Assembly (NCBI RefSeq): GCF_001186125.1
Contig: NW_014040526.1
Span: 64,687 to 102,684, forward strand
DNA length: 37,998 nucleotides
Direction of reading: 5' to 3'
DNA from: Sphaeroforma arctica JP610
Taxonomy: Eukaryota
Shown: positions 21,729 through 34,092 of the stretch, piece by piece
Numbering within the stretch: position 1 is the first letter of the stretch
Layout of the letters: each line of letters starts with the position of its first letter
Notes under the pieces: generated by a model
The model's input: the letters and a program-made list of their open reading frames with translations, nothing else
Told to the model about the DNA's origin: nothing
Database searches by the model: none
Program-made: the position numbers and the translations under genes

Positions 21729-23195
21729 AGCACATCTGTGCAAAGGGATCGCAAGCATACCTACAAAGTACTACTATTCAATGGGAAGCACATCTGTGCA
21801 AAAGGATCATAAGCACAGCTACTTAATACCACTATTCAATGAGAAGCACATATGTGCAAAAGGATCGCAAGCATACCTACAAAGTACTACTATTCAATGA
21901 GAAGCACATCTGTGCAAAGGGATCGCAAGCATACCTACAAAGTACTACTATTCAATGAGAAGCACATCTGTGCAAAAGGATCGCAAGCATACCTACAAAA
22001 TACTACTATTCAATGAGAAGCACATCTGTGCAAAGGGATCGCAAGCATACCTACAAAGTACTACTATTCAATGAGAAGCATATCTGTGCAAAAGGATCGC
22101 AAGCATACCTACAAATACTACTATTCAATGAGAAGCACATCTGTGCAAAGGGATCGCAAGCATACCTACAAAGTACTACTATTCAATGAGAAGCATATCT
22201 GTGCAAAAGGATCGCAAGCACACCTACTTAATACTACTATTCAATGATAAGCACATCTGTGCAAAAGGATCGCTGGCATACCTACATAATACCACTATTC
22301 AATGAGAAGCACATCTGTGCAAAAAGATCTTAAGCATACCTACTGGATACTACTATTCAATGAGATGCACATCTGTGCAAAAGGATCGTAAGCATACCTA
22401 CTGGATACTACTATTCAATGAGATGCACATCTGTGCAAAAGGATCGCAAGCGTACCTACTTGATACTACTATTCAATGATAAGCACATCTGTGCAAAAGG
22501 ATCGCAAGTATACCTACTTGATACTACTATTCAATGAGAAACAGATTTGTGCAAAAGGATTGCAAGCACACCTAATTGATACTACTTTTCAATGAGAAGC
22601 ACATATGTGCAAAAGGATTGCAAGCATACCTACTTAATACTACTATTCAATGCGAAGCACATATGTGCAAAAGGATCGCAAGCATACCTACTTGATACTA
22701 CTATTCAATGAGAAGCACATCTGTGCAAAGGGACCGCAAGCATACCTACTTGATACTACTATTCAATGAGAATCGCATCTGTGTAAAAGGATTGCAAGCA
22801 CACCTACTTAAAACTACTATTCAATGAGAAGCACATCTGTGCAAAGGGACCGCAAGCATACCTACTGGATACTACTATTCAATGAGAAGCACATCTGTGC
22901 AAAGGGACCGCAAGCATACCTAATTGATACTACTATTCAATGAGAAGCACATCTGTGCAAACGTATCGCAAGCATACCTACTTAGTATTATTTTTCGACG
23001 AGAAGCACATCTGTGCATACGGATCGCAAGCATACCTACTTAATACTACTATTCAATGATAAGCACATCTGTGCAAAAGGATCGCTGGCATACCTACATA
23101 ATACCACTATTTGATGAGAAGCTCATCTATGCAAAAGGATCGCAAGCACACCTACTGGATACTACTATTCAATGAGAAGCACATCAGTGCAAAAG
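21729..23195 (+). repeat. 58-bp satellite array 2 (~25 units)
   Basis: Period 58 (e.g. gaagcacatc at 21901 and 21959), with no unique spacers. Confidence 0.97.
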
Positions 23196-23342
23196 CTTCA
23201 TCCATGCTGAGGATTGAGACGCATAGCACCTTTGTGATTGTACCTTTGAGCGATGGTTTCAACGGGAATGGCGACATACAATTAGGAGAGAAATATAACA
23301 CAACTCTCAGTGCAATATGAGGATGTCGTGTTCGGACTTATA

Positions 23343-23699
23343 AATTCTTTTCTCGTGTCGTCGTGTGCACAACCTGTATCAAGGTCTATGCTGTCAACAT
23401 CGATGTGCGTGGTGCGCGCAATGTCGTTTATGCCGCCAGCGTCGAGTGGACTACAGTCCGTATTAACGGGTCTGTCACCTGTATGTACGTTTACCCTGTC
23501 CACATCCACGTGCGCAGACTGGTATCTACGCGGTCTTTGCTTGAACCAAGCTCTGTATTGCTGGTATGCACTGTTCCGCTGCCCGAGTCTGGGCTGTCGG
23601 TTTCAACGTTCACATGCATCTTCGCGTCTATTGTTTGCATCAGCGCGTGTCTCGCCTATACCGATGTTCTTGTTGCTTGCACTAACGTGTTTGTCGTCT
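23343..23699 (+). repeat. Segmental duplicate of 29465-29800 (Thr/Asp-rich reading frame on the minus strand)
   Basis: High identity to 29465-29800 with small indels. Confidence 0.93.
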
Positions 23700-24662
23700 G
23701 TGTTGGTGTGACTGCTACCCGTAGCCTCGTGTGTGTTGTCATCATCACCCCGTGTGTTGTATGTGACACCGTGGCCCTTACCAGCTCTATCGTGTGCGCC
23801 TGCAGGCTCTGTCTCGGAATGATGGCGTACAGGCTGCGGCAGCGAATACGAAGACGTCAACGGCTGTGGGCATGCTGTGTATCCCACTGTGAAGTTTGGT
23901 ACTACTTGGGTTCAACGGTACGGTAGGCTGTGCATGTGAATCTGTGGTGGTTGTGCTGACAATAGCGGGGCTACAGGTGGTAGCACGCAGGGGATGGTCG
24001 CTGATTATGTGCACCGGCGTGCCTCGCTCAACTGCCGTTTCTACCTGTGGCATCAGATGGAGGGGAATGCATCGGTCAGATGCTGAGGTATATGTTACAC
24101 ATTTCAGCAAGAAATAGAGTGGTTGTGCATGATGTTTCATGGCCACCTAAAACTTGAACACGATACTAGGTCCGAGGCTGGTCGCAAGACAACACACCGA
24201 AATAGGACTCTTGTATATTCTAATAGAGATCTTTAGCAATGATGGTCTCGGATGTAAGAGTTGAAGGAAGAATCATGTATTCTTCGTTTACACCGGTTGT
24301 TTAATTTGCCTAGGAGGTGAAAGCAAGGTTCAATGCTGGTGCAAGAGTCATAAAATCATTGTGTCACATACTTCTCTTGTATACTTGCTATAGATATTTG
24401 GAGGACAGTTGAGGAGTATTACCATTGCAGGTGCGCATTTACTTTCCAACGATTCCATGAACGCATACCTGAATGTGATAGTACCTGAATGTGGTAGAAA
24501 CCGTGATAATCGATTTAACCCGAATACATATATGTCAAGAACGTGTGAGATACAGATAGTTATTCCTACCATAGCAGGCAATAAAGCCAATAATTGATCT
24601 TAATCGCATGCACCTTGACTCAACGCTTTACATTTTAGCATTTCAGACGCATGACTAGTACA

Positions 24663-25785
24663 ATTGTCTTTGCTTAGCAGTCATATCAAACTACTTCAAT
24701 GTACACATTGTGCTCGCAAACGAATAGTACAATCGCCATAAATCTATGCGTGCATTTTCGTTAGTTGCATCGGTTTCTTATAACAATGTTCCGTTTAGTG
24801 AAAACACTGATGGTCGTTTGAGTGAACAAAGTAAGATATCACAGATATGTTCCTCTGCAAACGCCACCAAAAAAAACAGCTGCTACAATAGATTGTCTTT
24901 ACTTAGCAGCCATATCAAACTGCTTCAATATACATATCGTGCTCGCAACCGAATAGTACAATCGTCATAAACCTATGCGTGCATTTTCGTAAGTTGCATT
25001 GGCTCCATATAACCGCGTTCCGTTAAGTGAAAACACTGATGGTTGTTTGAGTGAACAAAGTAAGATATCACAGATATGTTCCTCTGCAAAAGCTACAAAA
25101 AAACAGCTGCTTCATAAGATTGTCTTTGCCTAGCAGCCATATCAAACTGCTTCAATATACACATCGTGCTCGCAAACGAATAGTACAATCGTCATAAATT
25201 TATGCGTACATTTTCGTAAGTTGCATCGGCTTCTTATAACAATGTTCCGTTTAGTGAAAACACTGATGGTCGTTTGAGTGAACAAAGTAAAATATCACAG
25301 ATATGTATATGTTCCTCTGCAAACGCTACAAAAAAATAGCTGCTTCATAAGATTGTCTTTGCCTAGCAGCCATATCAAACTGCTTCAATATACACATCGT
25401 GCTCGCAAACGAACAGTACAATCGTCATAAATCTACGCGTGCACTTTCGTAAGTTGCATCGGCTTCATATAGCCGTGTTCCGTTTAGTGAAAACACTGAT
25501 GGTTGTTTGAGTGAGCAAATTAAGATATCACAGATATGTTTCGCTGCAAACACTACAAAAAAAACAGCTGCTACATAAAATTGTCTCTGCTTAGCAGCCT
25601 TATCAAACTGCTTTAATATACACATCGTGCTCGCAAACGAATAGTACGATCGACATTTTCGTAAGTTGCATCGGCTTCATAAAACCGTGTTCCGTTTAGT
25701 GAAAACACTGATGGTCGTTCGAGTGAACAAAGTAAGATATCACAGACATGCTCCTCTGCAAACACTACCAAAAACAACAGCCGCC
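24663..25785 (+). repeat. ~229-bp tandem repeat (~5 units)
   Basis: attgtcttt(g)cttagcag.catatcaaact recurs at ~24663, 24892, 25119, 25352 and 25580. The last unit is internally deleted. Confidence 0.95.
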
Positions 25786-28109
25786 AAGTATATACTGAAC
25801 TGATTCTTCATTCACGCCAAGGGACTGAATCGCGGGATAAATACAGTACGAGCAGTTACAGTACTGTACACAGAAGGCACGTCTTGAACACACCACCAAT
25901 ACCTTGATTTGAGTCGCAAGGAGGGCTATGACCGGCTAACCGGCAAGTTATTGGACACTCAGAAACCTTGGGTTGTCAGCACATCGTGCCTTTGAATGGT
26001 GTTGAGCAGGTCCTTCACTTGCCTATGTCCCCCAGTAGTCGTACATAGCGGGTCTTGTCAGGTTTGGGGTCCCGCATTGTTAAGCAAATTCATCTCTTCC
26101 TTGGAGAGCTTGAAGTCAGCCATAACGAACAAACCACGGTCGTGCGCAAAGTACACATTGGCGTTAGACACATCCTGCAGTTCGTATCAAAGCCTGTGAT
26201 TCGCGACAATGCGCGAAAGCACACGGTCCTTGAAGCAGCCAAGGGATATGGTGTCGCCTTTTGACAATTCTGAAAGCTCTAACGATGACACGGTATGGTA
26301 GGTATTGGACGTCATGATGGTTCCCTATCTCTAACTGCACTCTACAGTTGTGCACTACTGGAGTGGTGTCCCAGCGAAATGGCGTTTCGCAATGTTGTGT
26401 TTCGATGGTCTTCGTTGTATGTACATGAACACCACAAAGGCAGGGCTATGATATCATCGTGTGTGTATTCACTTCTTCGGCATCGTTCTCCACGGGAAGT
26501 GCAAGCATCAAGATTGTATCATACAGTTGTGAAGTAAGCGATAGTGTCTTTCTTTGATCTCACTCAGGGGAGAATTATTAATATTTACATACAATAACTT
26601 GTGCACACGGTGCATGACAATGGATCTTGATATCTGCGCGCCATCCTACATACAATCATAGCCTTCTAAATGAAACAATACAATCTGGCGGACTTTCCCA
26701 GTGATTTCCAGGGTTTAAAGTTATATTTCCAGGGTTTAGGGTTGTATCTTCAAGAATTATAGGAGGCTGTGGCCTGTGGGGTCTTGCATTTGCAAACTAA
26801 ATATAAGCACACAAGAGGAAGGATATTTATTCTTATAGACGTCTCAGCAAGCTGGTCGATGTTGATTTGTCGTTTATTTGTTGGTATTGCACATAACTGC
26901 AAGTACGTATGCTCTCCACTGTTACACCATATCTCACAATTACACGCCTACCCCTCTAGTCGCGAAAACTATAAAATACTTGTATTGCGGAAACGCAACG
27001 GTACCCAGTGTTCTATCTGAGATCGATCTGAGTGATATCAACGGGTTGTCGAAGTGAATCGTTACTGACCGACAAACAGACACACAGATCTTCACGTACG
27101 TACATACTTACTTACGTGCGGACACTATAATTGGTATTTTCCACTCTGAAATCGTAGCGTACCCAATAGTGAGCGCATGCTTGTTGTGGGCATCGCGACC
27201 AGCCGTAAGCGATTCCTTTCTCTGCTGCTACTTGTCTATCAAACAGAGATTCCATGCATGTTAGCGTGAGTGAGATAAACATACCCACAATTTGAACTGA
27301 ACCGCAGAAAGACTTCAAAAACATAGCAGCCTGTCTAGCCAATCTATCACTGATTAAGCAGGCCCGAGACCCACTTGTACGAAAGCAGAGTTATAAGTTA
27401 TGAATTGGTTATGTAATGTGGAGGGTGTATCAGTTATTACCTACCTTGTGCAATATGAGGCTGTCGTGTTCGGACTTATACAGATACAAAAGAACACAGC
27501 AACTGATCTGGACAATTGAACTAGCTACGGTGACGTCTTTAAAACCCCAAATTCCGCCGTAGAGGTGCTCAGGTCTTGTAACCACACAGAAAGGACGCAC
27601 TCACTGACCTGTACGATCAAGCTAGCTACTGTGTCATGCCTTCATGCCTAAAACTGCGGATTTTCGAAGTACGAGTTGGTATCAGATGCGCTGTGTGCTG
27701 TGACTGGTCATCGCCTGCTGAGTCGCCACCGGCAGATGGCACAGACGGGGGACTGATTCTGTGGAACATCAAGACCAATTCCCCCACTCTCTGATTGTCA
27801 AAGTCTGTGAAGTTTGCACTTGCTTGGGCCTTGCACCACAGTACTTGGGCACATCATTACAGAGCCTGCCGTAGGCGTGGGTCAATATTCAAATGATGAG
27901 CGGAGAGATATATATTACAGTATGAAATTTACAGCAGAAGAGGTATATGTACGCACGAATAATTGAAAATGATTATTGGTATGAACATGCACAAATCTCG
28001 GCTGACACGCGAAGCAGAGTCAATGGTGTACTTCCCAACCATGTCTTTTTGGAGCATGGCGCAGAAATGATAGCTTTAAAAAATACTCAGCTGTAAATGA
28101 AAGCATATA

Positions 28110-28210
28110 GACACATAATTCAGAATGTACTGACATCCTTTTGCAGACACATAATTCAGTATGTACTGACATCCTTTAATGGACACAATTCAGAATGTAC
28201 TGACATAATT
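28110..28210 (+). repeat. ~36-bp tandem repeat (3 units), intronic
   Basis: gacacataattcag(a/t)atgtactgacat occurs three times. Confidence 0.85.
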
Positions 28211-30138
28211 TTATCTGTCGCATTTTATGCAAATACGAACTCATCCTCTTAATATAAACCGCTGCCATCCCCATAAGAACTTAATTATCAAAGTACGTCG
28301 TGACACATAATTCACAGTACGCATGCGGCGTAAGCGATGCGCGTGAACAATAGAGAGAGACAAAATGAGCTATTTTTAACACGTGCATAAAAGAGCTTCC
28401 AAAGCAAGACATTTCTGACCCATAATTCCACTGGGTCGTGTTCTGCGATCGAATACTAAGTCGTGTGTTACGTACCAGACGCGCCAAATGCAATCGGCCT
28501 CGTAGGCATGGGGAAGTAAACCCACCGGAAAGCCTTGCCGGACTTCTTCAGTTGCGGTTTGCCGTTGTACAGATCTATTTGTGCACGGTAGAACCGAATT
28601 ACATTACCAACATGTTTGAATGAAAGCGTTTATAGGAGTTGAGCACAGTAGACATCGCCGGCAATGAAGTAGCAAGCACTTGTTCACACATCTCTCGATA
28701 ATTCACACTGTCACTGAGTGCAACCATAGCACTTTCCATTACCAGGCACGTCCCTGCACTCCCCCACGTATGCACCTTCAAGCCATCGCCAAGCATTGCT
28801 GCTCTCTGCTTAAAAAACAACATCACCTTCAGCGCGGCATTGTCCCACATGGCATGTCTCACCGTCTCATCCACCACCGACAGTTGTCGGTAGCACTCAC
28901 CTGTACTGGATGTCTGACAACTTCCAACCCACGACACAACCCCATGCACATTCAACTCGCGCGCTTTGGGAGGCAGTTGAGCCAGAGGCATTCGCATGAT
29001 CTCATCTATTGTGTGTATCGTTTCCGCGGTGCGTGTGAGGGATTGGCGGTGGGCATCTGTTTGACATTGGTACTAGACGCTGGCTTTGAACTTGTGTGTG
29101 TTTGTGCAGGACCTGTCCTTGGTAGTTGATTGAGAGGCGTATTTGGTATTAAATTTGGCATTTGTGCGTGGTGATTGTCGCGTATTAGCAGTCGTTGTTC
29201 GACTGGGAATGCTATTTGGTATTGTGCTAGTACGGCTGTGATTAGCATTTGGCATCAAACATAAACCTGAGTGTAGTGGTTGTTTGGCGTTAGAAGTTGT
29301 TCTCTGACTGGAGTTGGTGTTCGGCATTAGACCGATTTTAGTGTGCTGTGTCCGGGTAGGACTGGCACGCACCCCTGGCCCAGTTTAATCTGTATCCGTT
29401 TCAGTACGCATACGTTTTGCCCAGTCGTCTATTAGCACTCACGTGTTGGTAGTTCGCTGTAGCGAACTCTTTTCTCGTGTCGTCCTGTGCACAACCTGTA
29501 TCAAGGTCTATGCTGTCAACATCGATGTGCGTGGTGCGCGCAATAACGTTTATGCCGCCAGCGTCGAGTGGACTACAGTCCGTATTAACGGGTCTGTCAC
29601 CTGTATGTACGTTTACCCTGTCCACATCCACGTGCGCAGTACCGGTATCAACGCGGTCTTTGCTTGAACCAAGCTCTGTATTGCTGGTATGCACTGTTCC
29701 GCTGCCCGAGTCTGGGCTGTCGTTTCAACGTTCACATGCATCTTCGCGTTTCTCGCCTATACCGATGTCCTTGTTGCTTGCACTAACGTGTTTGTCGTCT
29801 ATGTTTCTCTGCAAACACTACAAAAAACACAGCTTCTAAAGATATACCTCGGGATAAATACAGTACGAGCGGTTACAGTAATTACTGTACACAGACTATT
29901 AAACCCTCGTCCTACGGACGTTAGTCCGTTCAGCCATATTTTGTTTCTTTCTCTAGAGGGTCGTGACCCTCTACAAAATAATTAACCGGCCCATTTTTTT
30001 TTGGCCCATTTGTAGACCCTACTAAAGAATTCGAATATAATATTTTATTACTGAAAGCGAAAAAACGTCGGTGACGCTTTTTTTCTCGGCTGGATTGGGG
30101 TTTGCCCATTTGAGACACTTTTACAAAATGCGGTTTGA

Positions 30139-30139
<1 letters not shown>

Positions 30140-30185
<46 letters not shown>

Positions 30186-30657
30186 TAATAATATATTTAT
30201 ATATATACATATACCATCCACATTCACACACACACATGTCCTAAACCATCATCCTAAACCATACACACACACATATGCATCCTAAACCATACACACACAC
30301 ATATGCATCCTAAACCATACACACACATATGCATCCTAAATACATACACTCACACATATGCATCCTAAACCACACACACACATATGCATCCTAAACCATA
30401 CACACACATATGCATCCTAAACCATACACACACACATATGCATCCTAAACCATACACACACACATATGCATCTTAAACCATACACACACACATATGCATC
30501 CTAAACCATACACACACAAATATGCGTCCTAAACCATACACACACACATGCATCCTAAACCATACACACACACATATGCATCCTAAACCATACACACACA
30601 CATATGCATCCTAAATCATACACACACACACACTTGTGCGTACTAAAAACTTCCGTC

Positions 30658-30691
<34 letters not shown>

Positions 30692-30774
30692 AATGCATAA
30701 TGAACCATCCACACACACACACATGCATGCATCCTAAATCATACACGCACACACTTATGCATACTAAAACCTTC

Positions 30775-30814
<40 letters not shown>

Positions 30815-30948
30815 GATACATAACTATACACACACAAACCTACATACATACATACATAAAAAATACTTACAGGTATACAAACATACATATACATACAGAC
30901 ACACTCCCACACCTATCCACACACACACACACACGCATATATATATAT

Positions 30949-30991
<43 letters not shown>

Positions 30992-31659
30992 ATATATACA
31001 TGCACATCAGTACATACATACATACATACAATATATATATACATGCACATCAGTACATACATACATACATACAATATATATATATATATATATACTTGCA
31101 CACCAGTACATACATACATACAGAATTACATAAAAACACACGCACCAAAAATCCACATACCAATATATATATATATATATACCAATATAAATATATATAT
31201 ATATATATATATAAATATATATATTTGTGTGTGTATGTTTGCATGTATCTATGTATTTATGTATATATGTACATATACATATGCATGTATCTATATATAC
31301 ATATACACATACTTATATACATAACCGAGTTCATAAATGCAAATTGATATACACATATAAATACACACATACATGAACACATTGATACACACATATAACA
31401 CGCATACATACACACAAATACAAACATACATGCAAAAATGAATATTTGCATACAAACATACACATTGACATACATATATACACACACCTCTATATATATA
31501 TATATATAAACGTATGCACATACACACATACATACACGCACACTCACACCTACTTACACACACATACACTATATAATATATATATCACATACACACATAC
31601 ATACACGCACACTCACACCTTCTTACACACACATACACTATATAATATATATATCTATC

Positions 31660-31691
<32 letters not shown>

Positions 31692-31705
31692 TGTATATGT
31701 ATATG

Positions 31706-31775
<70 letters not shown>

Positions 31776-32116
31776 AACGTATACATACACATACATACAC
31801 GCACACACAAACACATACTCACACACACACACACACTACATATAAATATATCAATATGCATGCGTATATGTGCATATGTGCAATTGAATGAGTCTGAGTC
31901 TGAGTGAGACTAGGACTGAAACTGAAAGTTGTGTGTGTATGAGAATGTGAATGTGAACGTGACTGTGTGAATGTGAATGTGAATGTTAATGTGAGCGTGA
32001 GTGTGTTTAAGAGTGTATGAGTAAGAGTGTATGAGTATGAATGTGAGTGTAAGTGTGAGTGTGAGTGTGAGTATGAGTGTAAGAGAGAGAGAGTGTGTGT
32101 GAGCGTGTACGTGTGT
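30140..32116. repeat. Compound (TA)n/(CA)n/(GA,GT)n microsatellite with a ~28-30 bp minisatellite
   Basis: Long TA and CA runs. catatgcatcctaaaccatacacacaca is repeated about 13 times at ~30230-30630. Confidence 0.97.
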
Positions 32117-32212
32117 ATTTTATGGTGAATTGCTATTAGGGCGTGTAATGTTGAATACAGTCCGTACTGGTTAAGAAATAATTTACTATTTATTTATTAT
32201 AACAGTATGTAC

Positions 32213-33027
32213 AGTCTGAATATGAACAAAAAAATTACCCCTATTTTTATACGCTTTCAGTCCCTTCGGCTTCACAGTCGCGTTTTATTACTGAATGCGT
32301 AAGCTTTTCTAAAAGTCCCTGTCGACATTATCACCGATTTTTTACTGAAAGCGTAAGCTTTTCTAAGTCCCGGTCAACTTTATTACTGAAAGCGTAAGTT
32401 TTTAAGTCCCTGTCGACTTTATTACTGAAAGCGTAAGCTTTTCTAAGTCCCCGGTCTACTTTATTACAGAAAGCGTAAGCTTTCTAAGTCCCTGTCGACT
32501 TTATCACCGATTATTTGTCCGTCCCCAAAATCGTGAGTGACGTTTCTTTTCGGGCTGGGATAGGTTTTGCCCATTTGAGACCCAATACAAAATAATCAAT
32601 AGGCCCGAATCAGGATGTCTGATTATAAACAAGTTAATTACCCCTATAATTAAGCGCTTTCAGTCTCTGCGGCGGCCGGCCGTGTTTTATCACCGATTTT
32701 TTGTCCGTCGCCAAAAAATGTTCGTGACGCCTTTTTTTCCGGCTTTAATAGGTTTTGCCTATTTGAGACCCTATCAAAAAACCAATAGGTCCGAATCAGA
32801 ATGTCTGAATATAAACAAGTAAACTACCCCTATAGTTAAGCTCTTTCAGTCCCCGCGACGTCCCAGCCGTTTTATATTATCTGTCGCCAAAAAACGTCGG
32901 TGACGCCATTTTTTCCAGCTGGAATCGGGTTTGCCCATTTGAGACCCTATACAAAATAATCAATAGGCCAAAATCTCTAAATAAAGATAGGTAAATTACC
33001 CCTAAAGATATACGCTTTCGGTCCCTG
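32213..33027 (+). repeat. Nested ~38-bp and ~185-bp repeats
   Basis: ttattactgaaagcgtaagcttttctaagtccc x5 (32285-32500). gtgacg...tttgcccatttgagaccc...caataggc...aattacccct...ctttc(a/g)gtc x3 (32500-33027). A further copy of the motif lies at 30045-30116. Confidence 0.85.
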
Positions 33028-33204
33028 CTTTCTACAATAAAACAATAAAAAACAATTGTTTTCTGACTGCCTGTGCTATAAATAGCACAAGCTTGAAATT
33101 TGGTGTGATTTCATACAAAGCTATATTTACCACATGTTTTCGATTCCGTACGTATACACGCACGTAGTTTCGCTTACACGTCGAATAGATAGCAATACCT
33201 CAAG

Positions 33205-34092
33205 ATGGCCAAGATTGTTGATGTTACAGATGGCGTCATGCCCCCAGAGGATCAAGTGGTGGTGGTAGAGGAGGAGGAGGAATCTGAATCCCTGCTCGAT
33301 CGCCTGTCAGGACTAGTGGTATGTTCACTACTTGATTGTGCTCCGTGCGACATATTGTATGTTGATAGTGCGGGCGTATGTTCTTCGCGAAAGGATCCTC
33401 AGATTGATATATTTTACTTTTATTTACTCACTCTATCGAATATATCGTACTCACAAGTTATATGCAACCACTATGTCTAGCCATTTGTACCCTCCCTTCT
33501 CTGCGTGTGTATTTTCCATGGAAGTGACCGCACAGATTAACAACATAATTTGGAATTCTGATTTATATTCTCTCCAGGAGTTCATTCCCAAACCCATCCG
33601 AGACACTGTGTACAAGGTTGGTACAACCACCCATTCAGTTACTATCTACTCGCTTCAAAGTCTGGGCACAGTAGCCTGGATTGGCACAACTACTTTCTTC
33701 GTTCTCGGTCTTCCGGTGAGTAATTTCTTTTACATAGTGGCCTAGATGCTCAATATTTTCTAATGTCGGTTCATTTTTTGGTGTGTATGTGTTCGATAAA
33801 TGTTACTAGCCGCTCGATTTTTGTTCCACAGTGTAAGAATGATATATTCTTGTTTCGGTGTAACAGTTGTTCGACCGGTTTTTACATCCTAAAAGTAACC
33901 CTTCTGGTGAAGTCAGGTGCGTACCCTTCTCAATATTTGTCCGTTTCCTCAAATATTCTTTAGCTCATGTTAGCAGTGGAGGGTGAACAGCAGCTTGAGT
34001 CAATGGAGTTAGAACGCAAGCAACAAATGCAGCAGCAGCGACAGATTCTGAACCCCGGTCTATACGGCGTACCAGCGCAGGGTGCCAACTAA
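33205..34092 (+). CDS. TOM22: Mitochondrial import receptor subunit Tom22 (exons 33205-33318, 33578-33715, 33964-34092; 126 aa)
   Basis: Acidic N-terminus, ESLLDRLSGLV|EFIP, TM segment AWIGTTTFFVLGLP|LMLAVE, and Q-rich tail QQQRQIL. GTATGT/GTGAGT donors and CAG/TAG acceptors give an open frame. Confidence 0.93.

Larger units (their letters stand above)
16930..29800 (-). pseudogene. POT1: POT1-like telomere ssDNA-binding protein pseudogene, multi-exon and rearranged
   Basis: OB1 (28709-29021): TIDEI...LNVHGVV...STGECYRQLSVVDET...LKVMLF...GD.LKV. Exon 27609-27865: NFTDFDNQRVGELVLMF...KIRSFRHDTVASLIVQ|GTCAGT. Exon 18437-18661: tttttcAG|IVHP...FFAWDGT...IVHVAAFHAHMTVAKAFKS/WVLDRNV. Weaker C-terminal exons at ~18080-18201, 17842-17925, 17560-17623 (LDGNIQFPVFLM) and 16930-17059 (TACTAAC branch, TCMV**YTSVG...RFVYST). 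Stops and frameshifts occur throughout. Confidence 0.7.

Noticed and set aside
21729..23195. CRISPR array (regular repeats with an internal palindrome)
   Set aside because: Units are contiguous and similar over their full 58 bp, with no unique spacers, no cas genes and a eukaryotic context.
23310..23926. Plus-strand Cys/Val-rich ORFs (and their copies at 29443-29985)
   Set aside because: They are antisense shadows of the minus-strand Thr-rich frame in the duplicated segment; no recognisable motifs.
30230..30630. Telomeric array (cctaaacc motif; also tttaggg at ~26735)
   Set aside because: The motif is embedded once per ~30-bp minisatellite unit or isolated. It is not a tandem telomere repeat, so no link to the POT1-like locus can be supported.
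30555..31907. H/T/Y/I- and C/V/M-rich ORFs (up to 247 aa)
   Set aside because: They are translations of TA/CA microsatellite.
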